From the IMG/VR virus record IMGVR_UViG_3300025357_000051, positions 1 to 25,336 of that record: a stretch of DNA of 25,336 nt. The stretch is one strand, 5' to 3'. The stretch comes from a virus (taxonomy: Duplodnaviria; Caudoviricetes). Shown in pieces: positions 23,755-25,336 of the stretch. A model generated the notes under the pieces. It did no database searches and was not told the origin of the DNA. It saw only the letters and a program-made list of their open reading frames with translations. Both the position numbers and the translations under genes were made by a program. The stretch's first letter is position 1; each line of letters begins with the position of its first letter.

Positions 23755-25336
23755 GAAAATGGTCTTTACGTTTGGTAGATACAATCCTCCGACAGTCGGA
23801 CACGCAGAACTAATCCATTATGCTGTCAATCTAGCACACAGAACCGGTGCCGAACACCGCATCTATACTTCTCAGTCACACGACCCCTCCAAAAATCCAC
23901 TATCACCAAAACAAAAGATGGCCTTTCTACGCCAGATTTTCCCTGGTGTAAACTTTGTGGATGATCCATCTATGAAGACCGCATTTGCTATCTGTAAGAA
24001 ACTGGCAGATGATGGTTATGAGGACGTAACATTCGTAGTTGGTGATGACCGTGTAGCAGAGTTCAAGACTCAACTTGGTAAGTATGTAAAACCAAAGACT
24101 GCCAAAGACTTTGATCCTAAGAGACATTATCCATTCAAGAAGTTTCAGGTCGTATCGTCTGGTGCTCGCAAGCAAGGCATCTCTGGTACAGACCTTCGTG
24201 CTGCCGTTCGCAAGGGTGACTTTGCTACATTTGCTAAGGCCTCGGCTGCTAAAGATAAAACACTCGCTAGAAAAATCTTCACAGCAACCAGAACACAACT
24301 AAAAGAATGGTATCTTAGAGAAGAAAGAGGTCTCTCTCGCCAAGACTTCCACGACAAACTAATGTCGTTTGTTGACTTCACTTGTGCCCATCTTGGCATT
24401 GATGAAAAACCAACCATCAAGTATAAAGAAGACCGCAAAGAAGGTCAACCATCATTCGCGGCCTATTCACCACACTCTAAAGAAGTCTATATTAGTACCA
24501 AAAACCGTCATCCAATGGATGTGTTTAGATCCGTGGCACATGAGTTGGTACATCATAAACAAAACTTAGATGGTCGCCTTGGAAAAAACATTGCTAAGGA
24601 AGGTGCTACTGGTTCCAAGATTGAGAACGAGGCTAACTCCGAAGCAGGCAAGATTATGCGATACTTTGGTAATCTAAATCCATTTTACTTTGATATGGAT
24701 TATTTAAAAGAACAAGATTTGAGTGAAATAAACAAAGGTGTTTTGAGAAGATATATCGGATATGCTAATACAGACCGAAAAAAATTAGCAGTTGATCGCC
24801 GTAACCGCAATTGGGATCCTACAGGTTTTGATTCTAAAAAAACTGATGATGATTATAAAAGAAAGATTAGTAATCGTGTTACCGGTATTGAACGAGCCCA
24901 AGATCGTTATGATGGTACTAAACCTTATACATACAAAGAAGACAAGGCTATTATTCTTTCTGGTACACCTGGTTCTGGTAAAGATAAAATTCTAAAAGAG
25001 GCCATTCTACCATTTGGTTTCACCGAGGTATCCGCAGATACTTTCCATAATCAGAAACTCCAAGGTGCTATTGTAGTAAACGGTGCCTCTGATTACCTTA
25101 CAGTAAAGACAATCAAAGAGGCCTTAGAACTAAAAGGTTATGAAACAATCATGGTGTTTGTGAATACCAGCAACGAGGTATCCAAACAACGTAACGAATC
25201 CAGAGCAACCAAAGGTGGTCGTGTAATCACCGAGGCAGTTCGCTTTGCCAAGTGGAAAGGTGCTCAAGAGGCCCTTGACCGCTTTGACCAGTTATTTGAA
25301 AAGGTTATTGAGGTCAAGAATGACCTTGATCTAAAC
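23747..25336 (+). CDS. Multidomain protein, 3' partial (at least 530 aa, not in ORF track): cytidylyltransferase-like domain, zincin metallopeptidase-like domain, P-loop kinase
   Basis: The frame is open from ATG 23747 (GAGG RBS) to the window end. FGRYNPPTVGH, VVGDDR, ISGTDLR, then RSVAHELVHHKQ...ENEAN (HELVH at 24539-24553), then SGTPGSGKD (24959-24985) and RNESR. Confidence 0.88.
   Translation, partial: MSKKMVFTFGRYNPPTVGHAELIHYAVNLAHRTGAEHRIYTSQSHDPSKNPLSPKQKMAFLRQIFPGVNFVDDPSMKTAFAICKKLADDGYEDVTFVVGDDRVAEFKTQLGKYVKPKTAKDFDPKRHYPFKKFQVVSSGARKQGISGTDLRAAVRKGDFATFAKASAAKDKTLARKIFTATRTQLKEWYLREERGLSRQDFHDKLMSFVDFTCAHLGIDEKPTIKYKEDRKEGQPSFAAYSPHSKEVYISTKNRHPMDVFRSVAHELVHHKQNLDGRLGKNIAKEGATGSKIENEANSEAGKIMRYFGNLNPFYFDMDYLKEQDLSEINKGVLRRYIGYANTDRKKLAVDRRNRNWDPTGFDSKKTDDDYKRKISNRVTGIERAQDRYDGTKPYTYKEDKAIILSGTPGSGKDKILKEAILPFGFTEVSADTFHNQKLQGAIVVNGASDYLTVKTIKEALELKGYETIMVFVNTSNEVSKQRNESRATKGGRVITEAVRFAKWKGAQEALDRFDQLFEKVIEVKNDLDLN

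Noticed and set aside
23927-24995. Short track ORFs in the last 1.5 kb
   Set aside because: Superseded by the continuous + strand frame from 23747 to the window end.
1-25336. tRNA genes, CRISPR arrays, stop-codon reassignment
   Set aside because: No cloverleaf or repeat-spacer pattern was seen by eye. Genes are full-length in the standard code and TAA, TGA and TAG all serve as stops.

Overview
This is a segment of a large T4-like (myovirus) phage genome, coded almost entirely on the + strand in the standard genetic code. The left part is the replication/recombination core: gp43 DNA polymerase, UvsX, a gene in the gp40 position and the gp41 helicase. A flavin-dependent halogenase and a minus-strand GIY-YIG endonuclease interrupt it. 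The middle is an accessory region with five dispersed AT-rich 2OG-Fe(II) oxygenases, several exported or cell-wall proteins of rhizobial style (RlpA, a Gly/Tyr-rich protein, an M15-like peptidase, TIGR02594), an Ntn hydrolase, ClpP, Dps, a deaminase and a Dam-like methylase. The right part is a late-promoter block: a PD-(D/E)xK-like protein, a ligase-like KxDG protein, a HAD phosphatase, a second GIY-YIG gene, and an open-ended multidomain ORF (nucleotidyltransferase, zincin, P-loop kinase) that is missing from the ORF track. Main findings: (1) a 60-nt structured leader with covarying base pairs shared by two different NUMOD3 genes, each with an antisense late promoter embedded in codons 2-5; (2) a candidate virion-packaged RNA-repair module; (3) a PhaR/AniA-like operator at a phage sigma70 promoter; (4) a Leu-to-Glu change at a key fidelity position of gp43. 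An alphaproteobacterial (Hyphomicrobiales-like) host is inferred, not shown. All family calls come from motif recognition by eye, with no database searches.
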